This document shows, piece by piece, positions 1 to 12,381 of a stretch of DNA of 64,000 nucleotides. This DNA comes from Carcharhinus longimanus (lineage: Eukaryota). The notes under the pieces were generated by a model. It searched no databases and was not told the DNA's origin. It saw nothing but the letters and a program-made list of their open reading frames with translations. A program made the translations under genes and the position numbers. The stretch is taken from NCBI GenBank assembly GCA_030264375.1, contig JASCQW010000001.1, forward strand, positions 91,411,853 to 91,475,852, read 5' to 3'. Within the stretch, counting starts at the first letter, position 1, and each line of letters begins with the position of its first letter.

Positions 1-880
1 TTGCCGCACCAATTTACCAGATTCTCTATCTCGTTCCTATATTCGATGTTGTCATTGTTTGAGATCTGTCCCACTACAGTGGTGCTGTCAGCAAACTTGA
101 AAATTGAATTGGAGAGGAATTTGGCCACATAGTCATAGGTGTATAACGAGTGCAGTAGGGGTCTGAGAACACAGCCTTGTGGGGCACCGGTGTTGAGGAT
201 GATTGTGGAGCAAGTGTTGTTGCCTATCCTTATGGTGGTCTGTGAGCTATCAGGATCCAGTCGCAGAGGGAGGAGCCAAGGCCCAGGCCATGGAGTTCAG
301 AGATGAGTTTTGTGGGAATAATGGTGTTGAAGGCTGAGCTGTAGTCAATAAATAGGAGTCTGACATCAGTGTCATTAGTTATCTAGGTGTTCCAGGCTGA
401 ATGCAGGACCAGAGAGATGGCGTCTGCTGTGGACCTGTTGTGATGGTAGGCAAACTGTACTGGATCCAGGTAGTCTGGAAGGCTGGAATTGATTCGTGCC
501 ATGACTAGCCTTCCAAAGCACTTCATAGTGATGGATGTCAGATCCACTGGATGATAGTCATTGAGGCACGTTGCTTGGCTTTTCTTTGGTACTGGGATCA
601 TGGTCATCTTCTTAAAGCAGATAGGGACCTCAGATTGTTGTAAAGAGAAGTTGAAGATGTCTGCGAATACCCCAACTGATCCACGCAGGATCTGAGTGCT
701 TGTCCAGGTACCCCATCTAGGTCAGTCGCTTTCCATGGGTTGACCTTCGAGAAAACTGCTCTGACACCTGCAATGGTGACCCCAGATACAGGTTCATTCA
801 GGGCTTCCAGGGTGGAGGGCATATTCTCGCTGACCTCTTGCTCAAAACAGGCATGAACGCATTGAGTTCATCAGGAATTG
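1..880 (-). mobile_element. Rex1/Babar-type non-LTR retrotransposon RT fragment (degenerate)
   Basis: Minus-strand translation gives [45 protein letters not shown] and continues to [16 protein letters not shown], typical of Rex1/Babar RT; frameshifts present. Confidence 0.85.
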
Positions 881-1989
881 ACAGTCTGTGGTTAGACTTC
901 CTCTTTCACAAACGACTTCAAACAGGAAGTTAAATTTTCCTGATTCTTGCTCTAGGAAATATTCTGGGCCAGCAATCTATTTTGTTGGATTGCCATATCA
1001 TTTACGTAGTCCTGGACTTTCAGAATGTTTGGCTGTGGGGGAGGGGAGCAGAACAGCGCATCATCTGTGCCTACATTGACCCCAGACTCGTTGCATCTTT
1101 GTAAGTGAGATAGTAAGGTTCTTGCCGGACCTTCTCCTCATTTCCCTTGAGTGTTTGTATGCTTTCAGCTGAATGGCACCCATATCTTCACCAACTGTAG
1201 GGTCCATAGGTACAAGGTCAGAGATAGGAGGACAAGGTAGTAAAAATTAGCAGCCTACATCACATCTACCCTCCCCTTTCCACCTTACGGTTTGGATGGT
1301 CTGCCATACTTAGGGTGGAATTCTGCTTGGAGTTTGGGGTGCCATTTTTAAAGGGCACTCTGATCTCCAGTCAACCCTGCCCCTTTCCCTGGCATCAGTC
1401 CATGCCTCACTCCCTGTCATCAGCTCCTGCTAGCTGGTACTAGCAAATCTTTCTCCCCAAGTAAGCAACACTCTGCTATAGTATGGCCAAAGCTCCCCCC
1501 CACTTCCCATGGAGCATGGAGAAACTGGCTTGAAATTGACAAAGCATATTTAATGGTGATTTAAATTTGATAATCTGGTTCCCACCCTCACCAGACAGGA
1601 ACCAGATTACATCTGAGTAGAGGTGGAGAGAATCCCAAAGTGGGTTTTCACCAGTGTTAAACATGCTAGGCCGCTTCCCCTATTCTCTCGACACTGCCCA
1701 GCCCCAGTATAATCTGTGCTGGAGCTGGAAAAACCAGTCCATAAACTCACAGGCCCCAATCTCATAGGCCTAATTTTTTTTACAACATACTTCAGAGACT
1801 TGTTGCTGGACTTGACATTCCTGTCTCTTTTACTGAGGCTGGGGACATCCAGAGGCTGGAATATCACAGGATACCACTTTGCCATGTAAATAGACAAGGA
1901 ATCTTGGCTTTTTTAATCCAGCACTGAAATAATGAGGAGGAGGAAAATTTGCTGTCGTATTTCTAATTCGCTGATCATCAAATGTGGAT

Positions 1990-3092
1990 AAGATTGGCTG
2001 AGTTAGCATGGATTTATGATAGGGAAATCATGATTTAATTGAATGGCAGAGCAGTTTCGAAAGGCTGAATTTGCCTACTTTTCCTAAATCCTATGTTCTT
2101 ATCATGCTTGGCAAATTTACTGAAATTCTTCAAGGATGTAAGTAGTGGAATTGATGAGGGGGAACCAGTAGATGTGGTTTATTCAGAAGGCTTTCAACAA
2201 AGTCCCATGTAAGAGATTAACACGTAAAATTAAAGTACATGGGTTTGTAGATGGTTTATTGTGATTGATAGAAAGCTGGCTGGCAGCCAGGAAACAAGGA
2301 GTGGGAATAAACAGATCTTTTTCCAAATTGCAGGCGGCTTTTAGTCAGGTACCACTGGGATCAGTGCTGGAACCCCAGCAATTCACTACATATATATATA
2401 TTTACGATTTAGATGCGGGAACTAAATGTAATATTTCCAAATTTGCAGGTGACACAAAGCTGGGTGGGAGGGTGAGCTGTGAGGAGGATGCAAAAATCCT
2501 TTAGTGTGATTTAGACAAGTTGAATGAGTGGGCAGATGAATGGCAGATGCAGTATATTTTTAATAAATGTGAGATCATCCACTTTAGTAGCAAAAACAGG
2601 AAGATGGATCACTATCTGAATGGCCATAAATTAGGAAAGGGGAATGTTAATGAGACTTGGGTGTCCTTGTGCACCAATCACTGAAGTTAAGCATGCAGTT
2701 GCAGCAGGCAGTAAACATGCAAATTGTATATTGGCCTTCATCGCAAGAGGATTTGAGTACAGGAGCAAGAATGTCTTTATGCAATTATGCATGGCCTTGG
2801 TGGAGCCATAGCAGGAATATTATGTGCAGTTTTGGCCTCCGTATCTGAGGAAGGATGTTCTTGCTCTAAAGGGAGGGCAGAGAAGCTATACCAGACTTTC
2901 TGGGATGGCAGGACTAGTGTATGAGGAGAGATGGAGTCAATTAGGATTATACTCCTTGGAATTCAGAACAATGAGGAGTGAAGGCAGGATCAGGCTATTG
3001 AGTTGGATGTTCAATCATAATTATAATAAATGGTGGAGCTGGTTCAAAGGGCTGAATGGCCTCTTCCTGCTCTTATTTTCTATGTTTCTATC
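1990..3092 (+). mobile_element. CR1 LINE ORF2 3' fragment (degenerate)
   Basis: VPLGSVLEP, ISKFAGDTKLGG, VQFWPPYLRKDVLAL, LGLYSLEFR motifs; ends in the CR1 3' tail ggctgaatggcct...ttctatgtttcta. Confidence 0.85.
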
Positions 3093-3302
3093 CACTTGAC
3101 ATGCCCATTTGATGGCTCAGAACAATTTCAGATTTGCAGGTTACAGTGAGTAACTGCTGCACACTTCTTTATTTATGTTTTACTAGATTTTCAATGACTT
3201 TTTTTATTTCTGTTAATGTTCAACAATGACATGTGCATGCATCATCCACTCAAACAGTATTAAGTTTATGGTGTGGCCAGATATAATTCTGAAAATATGC
3301 CA

Positions 3303-3646
3303 GGACGGCACAGTTGCACAATGGTTAGCACTGCTGCCTCACAGCCCCAGGGACCCAGGTTCAATTCCAGCTTTGGGTGACTGCGTTGAGTTTACACATC
3401 CTCCTCATGACTGTGTGGGTTTCCGGTACATGCACTAGTTTCCTCCAACAGTCTGATTTTCAAAGATAAGCAGGTTAGGTGGATTGGTCATGGTAAACTC
3501 TCCCTTAATGTCAGGGCAATTAGTAGGGTAAATACATAGCATTATGGGGATAGGGCCTGGGTGGGATTGTTGTCAGTGCAGACTCGTTGGGCTGAATGGC
3601 ATCCTTCTGCACTGTAGGGATTCTATGATTCTATTCTGTGATTCTA
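3303..3646 (+). mobile_element. HE1-like tRNA-derived V-SINE (elasmobranch type)
   Basis: tRNA-like head (tggttagcactgctgcctcacag...ggttcaattcc), V-domain-like centre, CR1-like tail ending gattctatgattcta. Confidence 0.8.
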
Positions 3647-4899
3647 CAATTTAAGGAATGTGTTCCAAGAAATTGTTCAGTGCTTTTACTGAGTGTTTGA
3701 CATTGCCCTAACGATGAGGTTGCAGTGGCAAACTTTTTCTAAAAGCTGACAGGAACTGGTTTGAACAATTTTCAGGCTTTTGCCTTGCAATGCTTCTCTG
3801 GAAAATCATACTGCATGTGAATTATTGTAAAAACATGTGGATTGAGATGGATTATTCCAAAAGATTGTTAACTTAAAATATAATTAAAACATATTGAACA
3901 GTTACAACTAGTCACTAAATCTAAATTATTGATGCAATAGATAGCAATATTTTCCAGTGTTTGGCAATGCCAAGAAAATAAATCACATATTGCTCACCTT
4001 GCTTTAAAACTAATGAACAAAAAGGTTATTAACAGTTGACACTACTGAATTTGAACAAAAGTGACATTTGTTGGATACCATGCAATCATGAACTAGATAT
4101 CAGTAAGTAGCTTGGAGGGTTGTTGTCACAATTTATTTCATTGTAATTGTATTTCCTAAAATTTACAAGCAAAAATCACACAAAATATTTCCTAACATTC
4201 TGACCTATGACCATATTTTGGCAAAAATCATGATCATATGAAAAACAGTCCTGTTTGAGAATTGGGCTGCTCAGTGTTAAAGAATTATAGCCCAAAGAGG
4301 TGTCATGTGACATTTGACAAGCAGTCCATTAAATCCATCTGAAGAAAAGCAGAAAATGAGAAAGACTTTGCTTAACATTCAGTAGAAATAGTTATTCATG
4401 AATGTGCATAAATTGTTGAAAATACGAATACAAATGTGAAAATACAAATGTAACTTGTAGTTTGTAATAAAACCACATTTTAAAAAAGCATTATTTTAGA
4501 AAATGTTAAACGTCACTGACATTGTTTACTGAAAACAATTTGCTAAACACATCATTTGTATAATTTATATCAGCTATTTGTTACAGAGTGTAATATGCAG
4601 CAAGCACATAAGTGGAAAAGAGGTAACAAAGGAGCAATAGCCCAAATTATGTTATAGCATAGTGTTGCAGTGTGGTGTTTTTGTGCATATAAAGTGACAG
4701 AGCCACAAGTTACTGCTTGTTGGCCTTACCATAAGGCAACCATCTGTCTTTATGTGTGTCAGTCATCAGTGATGAGAACTGCAAAGTATAGGGCATAGCA
4801 AGAAATGTTTGAATAATATTGAAAAAATATTGTTTGAGCAATAGTTATTTTTGGTAGATATAGAACATGTTTTAAATCCATTTTGTATGAGCCATACTT

Positions 4900-5500
4900 T
4901 GATTTATTATTGTCACATGTATATAGGGAAAAGTATTATTTCTTGTGCGCTATACAGACAAACCATAGTGTTCATAGAGAAGGAAAGGACAGAGTGCTGA
5001 GTGTAGTGTTACAGTCACAACTAAGGTGTAGAGAAAGATCAACTTACTGTGAGGTAGGTCCATTCAAACAGGGAAGAAGCTGTTCTTGGAGTTGGTTGGT
5101 ACACGGTCCCAGACGTTTGTATCTTTTTCCTGAAGATGGTGAGAGTATGTCTAAGGTGTATGGGATCCTTGATTATGCTGGCTGCTTTTCTGAGGCAACT
5201 GGAAGTATAAACAGTATCAATGGGTGTGAGTGATGGACTGGATTTCGCTCATGACCCTTTGTAGTTTCTTGCTGTCTTGGACAGAGCAGGAGCCATACCA
5301 AGCTGTGATACAACCAGAAAGAATGCTTTCAGTGATGCATCTGTAAAAGTTGGTGACAGTCTCAGCCAACATGCCAAATTTTCTTAGTCTTCTGAGAAAG
5401 TAGAGGTCTCGGTGGGCTTTCTTAACGACAGTGTTGGCATGGAGGGACCAGGACAGGTTATTGGTAATCACGACACCTAAAAACTTGAAGCCCTCAACCT
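4900..5500 (-). mobile_element. Rex1/Babar LINE 3' end
   Basis: ORF 5217-5471(-) NLSWSLHANTVVKKAH..LYFLRRLRKFGM..NFYRC.TESILSGCITAWYG; tail tgacaataataaatcaaa on the minus strand. Confidence 0.85.
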
Positions 5501-5866
5501 GCCAAGCTATCTAAGAATATTTCAAGCAAATGAGGATCTGTTATTATTTGTTTTATATGGATGTCTATATATTGCAAATCTGAAGGAAATGCAGTATCAT
5601 TTATAAGATTCAGGCTGCATTAGTAGACTTCATTTAAATAATGAGCAACAATGAGACAGGAACACTGTAATCAAGTCATTTAGAATCTATTGCACACTGC
5701 ATTAATGCAAATTGTGCTGTCAGCTGCACAAAGCAGTGCTGTACTGAATATATCACAATGTGATTTAGCTTTTGGCATCTGGTTATTTGAGTTTTTAAAA
5801 TGCTCTTATGTTAACTTTCATTTCTTCTCACTGGTGAGAAAATATATATTGTCATTTTTATTTCAG

Positions 5867-6821
5867 GTCTAACACCACCAACCACTCCTCCACATAAAGC
5901 TAATCAAGACAATCCATTTAAGACTGTGGTCAAACACAGATCATCTTGCAATTCTTCAGTGCGTAGTCCACCACCAAAGAAATCACGTTTAAGTGATTCT
6001 GCCTCAAACTCTCAACTGAGCTGTCCTATAAAGAAGGGCCCTGAACAAACTGAACTGTATGCCCAACTCAGTAAGACTTCATCCAGTACACTTAGCATTA
6101 TTCAAAATGAAGAGAGAAAGGTGAAACGGGCAAGCACAAGACTCTTTGGTGACCATGACTACTGTCAGTTCATAAATGCGAAGGTAGAATCATTAAATAC
6201 CAGGGTGTTCTGCAAGGAACAAGAACCTAAAGACATTAAACTCCAAGATCACCCTTGCAGAGAACCTTTGTCTGGGAAGCACAAACAAATCTTTATTTCT
6301 GCTAATGATGATCAAGAATATAAGAAGGAAAGTCAACAATTGGATACACAGCCTGTCAATTACTTTAACACAAAGATACAACTGAAAGACCAAGAGATAC
6401 GAGCAGAACTAAACAAGCATTTTGGGCATCCAAGCCAAGCCTTTTTTGATGAAGTAGAAGACAAGGCAAGTCATCAAAGAGAAAAAGACTTTTGCCATGA
6501 TTATTATTCAAAACTGCCGACTTATCTCAATGCAGGAATGTCACTGGATGGTGTATTTGATGATAGTGATGATGAGACTGAAAAGTTTCTCTATCCATGG
6601 GATGGAACACCCGATGGGTTATTGTTAGAAAGACCTTGTTCTCGTTCTCTGTCCAGCTCCCCCTGCAGTGATTCTGTCTACTCACCAAAGATGTATGCAC
6701 CTTTTCAAAGAATAGTCAGGGCAAGGTCTCGATCTAATTCTTATCCCAGACACAGAGCTTGTTCTCGCTCCCCATATTCTCATTCCAGATCAAGATCTCC
6801 ATACCGTAGATCCTCTTCGAG
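5867..6821 (+). CDS. PPARGC1A: PGC-1alpha large internal exon (human exon 8 equivalent, 955 bp)
   Basis: tttcag|GT acceptor and AG|gtaagt donor; encodes GLTPPTTPPHKANQDNPFK...KKGPEQTELYAQLSK...RLFGDHDYCQ...QEIRAELNKHFGHPSQA...YPWDGT...RS-rich tail, colinear with vertebrate PGC-1alpha. Confidence 0.97.
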
Positions 6822-7902
6822 GTAAGTAAACAAATCCTTCAACTAATTTGCATATATAGAAATATAATGTGTTTCTAGAAGTATTTTAGATTAATTAGAC
6901 TAAAACCTGGATGAAAAGCTGTTTTACTCTTCTGTTTTATTATCACCATTTTAATTCTGTTATAATCAATTACTAAAATTGATAAATAAAATTTTCTGCC
7001 TGTGATAACAACATGCAGGTGTTAGTAGTAAAGTAACATTGCTCTTTTGTAAGGTAAAGCTGAAATACTACTGGTGCTATATATTTCCTGTTTTCATTGA
7101 CTGTCTTCAAAAAAGCCTCCTGTGCATGCGTTTGAAAGTGGGATTATATGTTAACTCTAGCAGGTGGCTTGTGGCTTGCCTGCTGCCCCCCTGCCACAAT
7201 TATACTGGTGGCAGGATGATGTTAGATGGTCTGTCTGCCAGTGAGCCAGGTGAATAATTCATTACAATGTAAATGGGGTTAAATGGCCATTAAATCTGAT
7301 TCCTTGGTTTCCCTGCATGGGTTGATGGCAAGTGGCTCCCTCTTAATGGGTCCTTGTGCCCTCCAGGGTTTTATGCAACCCCCAATTTGACCACCCCCCC
7401 ATGACATCTGAAAACCCAGCTACCCATCCATGACCCTCCTCCACAATCCCATTTTTGCCAAGGCCTGCCAGCTTGGAACACAACCAGACTCCCAAACATT
7501 CATGTGTTTTATTCATTGCTGCTCACCTTCTCCTGGCCCAAAGTACTGGGGAGCTACTGGTCTTGATTAGTTGGCAGCTCTCTGAGACGGGACCTGCTGT
7601 CCCTGAGGAGCACAAATTCTGCCTTTAGCCCTTTAATGGCCGGTTGACCATTAAATAGATGTAGGTAGTTGGTGTTTCCCTTTGTGGACTCCCCTAACTG
7701 TGAGTGGGGTGGGGTGGGGGGAGGGGGAGGAATTCTGATACACCATATACTTCAGGCCATTGTCACCATTTCAACTTGCTGTTGTTGGTGGTAAAATAAT
7801 CCTATCTATGTTGCACTTATCAAATAGTTACAAATTATAACCTGATTCTTGAAAGAATAGGAAACTAACTAAACACCAGAAATCAATGTGCAGCATTTCA
7901 CT

Positions 7903-8437
7903 GTAAGAAGTCTCACAACACCAGGTTAAAGTCCAACAGATTTATTTGGTAGGCTAGCACAAGCCACAAGCTTTCGGAGCACTGCTCCTTCATCAGGTGA
8001 GTGGGAGTTGTGTTCACAAACACGGCATATAAAGACAAAGACAAAGACAAAGAACAACCCAGCACGGGAAACAGGCCCTTCGGCCCAACAAGCCCGCGCC
8101 GCCGCATCACCCTACACCTATTNNNNNNNNNNNNNNNNNNNNNNNNNNNNNNNNNNNNNNNNNNNNNNNNNNNNNNNNNNNNNNNNNNNNNNNNNNNNNN
8201 NNNNNNNNNNNNNNNNNNNNNNCTCTCTTGCTCCTAATATAGGAATAAAATGCCTTTGGATTCTCCTTAATCCTACCAGCCAAAGCCATTTCATGCCCTT
8301 TGTTATCTGATAAAGGAGCAGCACTCTGAAAGCTTGTGGCTTGTGCTACCAAATAAACTTGTTCAACTTTAACCTGGTGGTGTGAGACTTCTTACTGTGC
8401 TTACCCCAGTTCAACGCCGGCATCTCGACATCATGGC
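7903..8437. mobile_element. Penelope-like terminal repeat pair in inverted orientation, interrupted by a minus-strand CR1 fragment and a gap
   Basis: 7903-7999 is the approximate reverse complement of 8307-8395; hammerhead core motif in each arm; the CR1 peptide KGHEMALAGRIKENPKAFYSYIRSKR lies between them on the minus strand. Confidence 0.7.
7965..7999 (-). ncRNA. Minimal type I hammerhead ribozyme motif
   Basis: Minus strand reads CAC-CUGAUGA-A-GGAGC(AGU)GCUCC-GAA-AGCU-U-GUG: intact core, 5-bp stem II, palindromic AGCU in place of stem III, UH site, CAC/GUG stem I. Confidence 0.7.
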
Positions 8438-11431
8438 AACATTTCGCACCAAGGATTGGCATGCAGAAGTAGATTTGTTCCATGCATTGCATGTAGCCAG
8501 ATTGGAAACCCCCTATGATCTGGTTACATAAAGATGCTCAATGAAAATCTTCCCTTTAAGTTACAAAAACAAAGATTATATGACACACATTGTAATGTTG
8601 GTTTGCTGGATCTTGTATTAAATATTACATTTCTACAAAAGAAGGGACATATTAATTTTAGGTGGTGATAGTATTGTCAGTGACTAGTACATCTACTGCC
8701 ATCTTTCTTGGGGGAATAAATAACTGTTTTCACTTAAGATCAATGTTATTAAAACCCCATTAACATTGTCATGAATTATTCATCTGACCTCGAGACTTAT
8801 TTTGGGAATTCAGGTATTAAAATCTGGCCTCACTTGTTCTTTTAGTGAGATTGTGTTTTCTTTTGTTGAGAATAATCATTAAGCCTTATAGTGTGAGCTG
8901 TGTTATGAAGCAATATGATATTTTTAACAATGTTTGTCAAGTAGAGTTGTTTATCAGGCTGGTGCTATGAGCACTGTATACCCTAACTCTCATTATAGTA
9001 AGTGTAAAACAGTGTTGTACTCCAGAGAGCTCACTGTATGAGTGGCATATTTTGTAGTTATTAGTACGGCCCAAAAATAATCTGCACTGACAGAATTAAT
9101 TTGAAACACCAGCTTTATATAAATATAAACATGTAAGTACAACATAAGTAGGTATTCAGGATAGTTTGCAGCATACTTGAGGATAATTGAAGAGGTAATG
9201 GGCTAGACCCGATCATGAATTGCGATGGCCTTGAGAATCAGGAGTTGACAGGAAAGTGGGTTTTGGGCTGACTCTCCCAGTCTGTGCTGCAAGCACCAAT
9301 AGGTTCCCGGCCAGAACGGGCAGGAAACCTATTAATGTTCAAACATACCCATTTAAATGTTATTAGCGGGCTTGCAGCCCAAGTCAAATGGCCCTTGCTA
9401 TTCACCCACCTCCCTTGCAGGATCTGCACCAGACTGGCTTTGGTACAGGTCCTCACAAGCGAGGAGCTGGCATATTGAATCCCAAGGGTTGAGGAAGTGC
9501 TATCAACCCGTCAGCAATGAGAGGCATCCTTATTCCCACACCACACAAGCATGGGATTTATCCAACCTAATCTCCACCACATACTCCCCATCAGGCCCCC
9601 TTCCCTCTCAGACCCCAATCCCTACTCAGGCCACCCTCCCCCTCAGACTTCCCTCCCCCTCAGACACCCATTCAGCCACCCTCAGACACCCCACTTATAT
9701 TCCTCCCCCTCTGCCTCCCTTCAGGCCAAGCATTTTGGCAGAGCCAACAGTGCATTGCCCCCGGCACTGACAACTGGCATGCGTTTCCACATCAAGTTTG
9801 AGGAGGTAGATCCAATTGCCATTTTCCCCTCGGCTGCAGAGAAAGGGTCCCTCAAGGGTCTAGGGGGTTGGGTGGGCTAAGACTGGGGCAAGGATTGAGC
9901 TTGCCATTCTCCACTGGGATGGGGGTGTTCTGGCTGGAATGCCCCTTCTAGCCCTGGTGTGGTGTTTTCAGGCAGCCCTGTGACCAATTTCTATGTTCTC
10001 ACCTGTTGGCTGTGCAAATTCTGAAGTGGCCAGTTCATTTTTAACCTCCATGCTCCCCTCCCCCACCCCTGGGTCACTGGCAAGATTTGAAATCTATTCC
10101 GCAGCAGAGATTTTCCTTTCTGCCTGTCAGAAGCTGCGGATGTGATCACATTATTTTGAAGTCCTCTGACAGAGAGGAGATGTCAATTTCATCTGGGCGG
10201 TGGAGTTGTTTCAAGTCTGCCCATACTGCACTCAGCCTCAGTGTGTGTATACATCTTTGATTTGAAGTTGATGTGGCTTCATAACAGGGAGAAATCATTT
10301 AAACTCTCTAATGCCATTGGGTTCCCGCTGACATAAACACTTAGTCCCAGTTCAGAAGAATCGCCCCCAATATTGACACTACTATATTTGGTTTAAAACC
10401 TCATATCCTGATTTAGATTGTAAATTATAAAAAAAGTAATTATTATGACTACTTGGGTATTAACTGTGTTGCTGTATTACAGCTACTTAAATTTAAAATG
10501 AGTATTTTTCACTTTTCATGTGTTGGTTGCTAAAACAGTGTGGCATTTGTCGTTTGTAAGCACGATGTGGGTGGTTGAGTTCCCTGCAACTTCCAAGTAT
10601 TAACAAGAGCTGTAGAGGTGACAAAAAAGAGAGGGAGAGAAACGAGGAGGAAAGGCCACTGTGTGCACGTCATGCATCTCACAAAATTTTATGATGAACC
10701 TAGACAGACTCTAGATAATTAATGATCTCTAGTGAAAAATAGCTTTTATTCATTCATACACAAACCTTACTTTATAGAGTATTTGATTCTGTGACAGAAT
10801 TAAATTTCTTATTTTCTGTTTTATTTAAATAAGTATTTTAAATTGATCTTATGATTATTTGCTGTGCTTGTCTTTGGTTCGCAATCACTAGCGTTCACAG
10901 CCAACGTATGGAGATATCAAAATATAATGTATATTTATCCCCCTGATTTTCTCCTTGCCTCAACTAAAGTTGTTGATTATTTGCTGAGATGAGGTTCCAC
11001 AGCATATGTTGTCCTCTGATATCAGAATTCTTCATACTTGAACCTAGCCAGTGAATGGCAGCAGGCTATCCCTTTATGAAAGGCTTTGCGCTTTGAGCCA
11101 ATCCTTTGCAAATATCACCAGCCATACTTCATCAGGAACTGCAAAAATCACCAGAAAGGTGGAAATCCTGGTCATTTGTTATTTGTTGACCCAGGGCAAC
11201 CCATATCCCAAAACCAATATCAACTGACTTAATATAGACCAAGGATTGCATTTACTTCTGGTATTGTATATATACTTATAAGCAATAGAGAGATTTTTAT
11301 ATTTAATGTAAAATGTTATTATTTTGTTACTTTATCTAGCTGTTAGATCTCCTCCCATCATGTCATGATATTCCCCCATTCTAAAGGCAATCTTCCCTGC
11401 ATGTCTTTGCCATTTTTAGTGAGCAATTTTT

Positions 11432-12043
11432 AGTGAGGCAGGGAGGTCTTATTGCAATTGTACAAGGTACTGGTGAGGCTGCACCTTGAGTACTGTATAC
11501 AATTTTGGTCCTCTTATTTAAGAAAGGAAATATTAGCTTTGGAGGGGGTACAGAGAAGGTTCACCAAGTTGATGCCGGAGATGAGGGGATTAGTTTATGA
11601 GGAGAGATTGAGTAGACTGGGCCTGTATTCATTGGAGTTGAGAAGGTTGAGGGGAGATCTTAGAGACATATAAGATAATGAAGAGGCTAGACAGGGTAGA
11701 AGCAGAGAGATTATTTCCACTTACAATGGAAACAAGAACTAGGGGGCATAGCCTCAAAATACGGGGGAGTCAATTTAGAACAGAGTTGAGGAGGAACAAC
11801 TTCTTCCAGAGGGGAGTGAATCTTCGGAATTCTCTGCCCAATGAAGCAGTAGAGGCTACCTCGTTAAATGTACTTAAGTCACAGATAGATGTTTAACCAA
11901 TAAGGGAATTAAGGGTTATGATGAGTGGGCGGGTAAGTGGAACTGAACCCAATATCAGATCAGCCATGATCTTATTGAATGGTGGGGCAGGCTCGAGGGG
12001 CTAGATGGCCTACTGCTCCTATTTCTTATTTCTTATGTTCTTA
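11432..12043 (+). mobile_element. CR1 LINE 3' end
   Basis: LYKVLVRLHLEYCIQFWS..LEGVQRRFTKL..LGLYSLE.RRLRGDL; TRTRGHSLKI; (ttcttatg)n tail. Confidence 0.9.
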
Positions 12044-12267
12044 TAATAAGTCGCTTAAAGGTGTATCAGCATTTCACAGCCTTCTGATGCGGTAGTGCCA
12101 AGACTCTGCTCATATCTCCCTTGATTGTTTGGTTGTGCACGTAAAGAATTAATGTCCTGTTTTCCAGTGGGCTAGTAAATACTGAATAAAAGTCAATCTT
12201 CATACTTTAAAAATGTACTATTCACATTATTTTTGGTGGCTATATTTACATTTATTTTTCTTTATAG

Positions 12268-12381
12268 ATCACATCACTTTGATTCAACATGCAGCAGGGT
12301 GCAACATAGATCTCGTGGAAGCCCTTGCTCATATTCAAGGTCACGTTCCAGGTCACCTTACAGCTGTTATAGTAGACCCAG
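12268..12381 (+). CDS. PPARGC1A: PGC-1alpha RS-domain exon (exon 9 equivalent, 114 bp)
   Basis: tttatag|A acceptor and AG|gtgagg donor; phase 2-2, matching neighbours; encodes (R)SHHFDSTCSRVQHRSRGSPCSYSRSRSRSPYSCYSRP(R). Confidence 0.92.

Noticed and set aside
3303-3380. tRNA genes at SINE heads
   Set aside because: The A/B-box-like heads continue into SINE bodies; no complete cloverleaf
5926-6825. 299-aa ORF as a standalone gene
   Set aside because: It is an internal PPARGC1A exon; the frame starts at the acceptor (5867) and the stop lies in the donor site
7705-7730. G-quadruplex-capable G-runs (also 46957-46988)
   Set aside because: Short G-runs in or near repeat-like sequence; common and not distinctive
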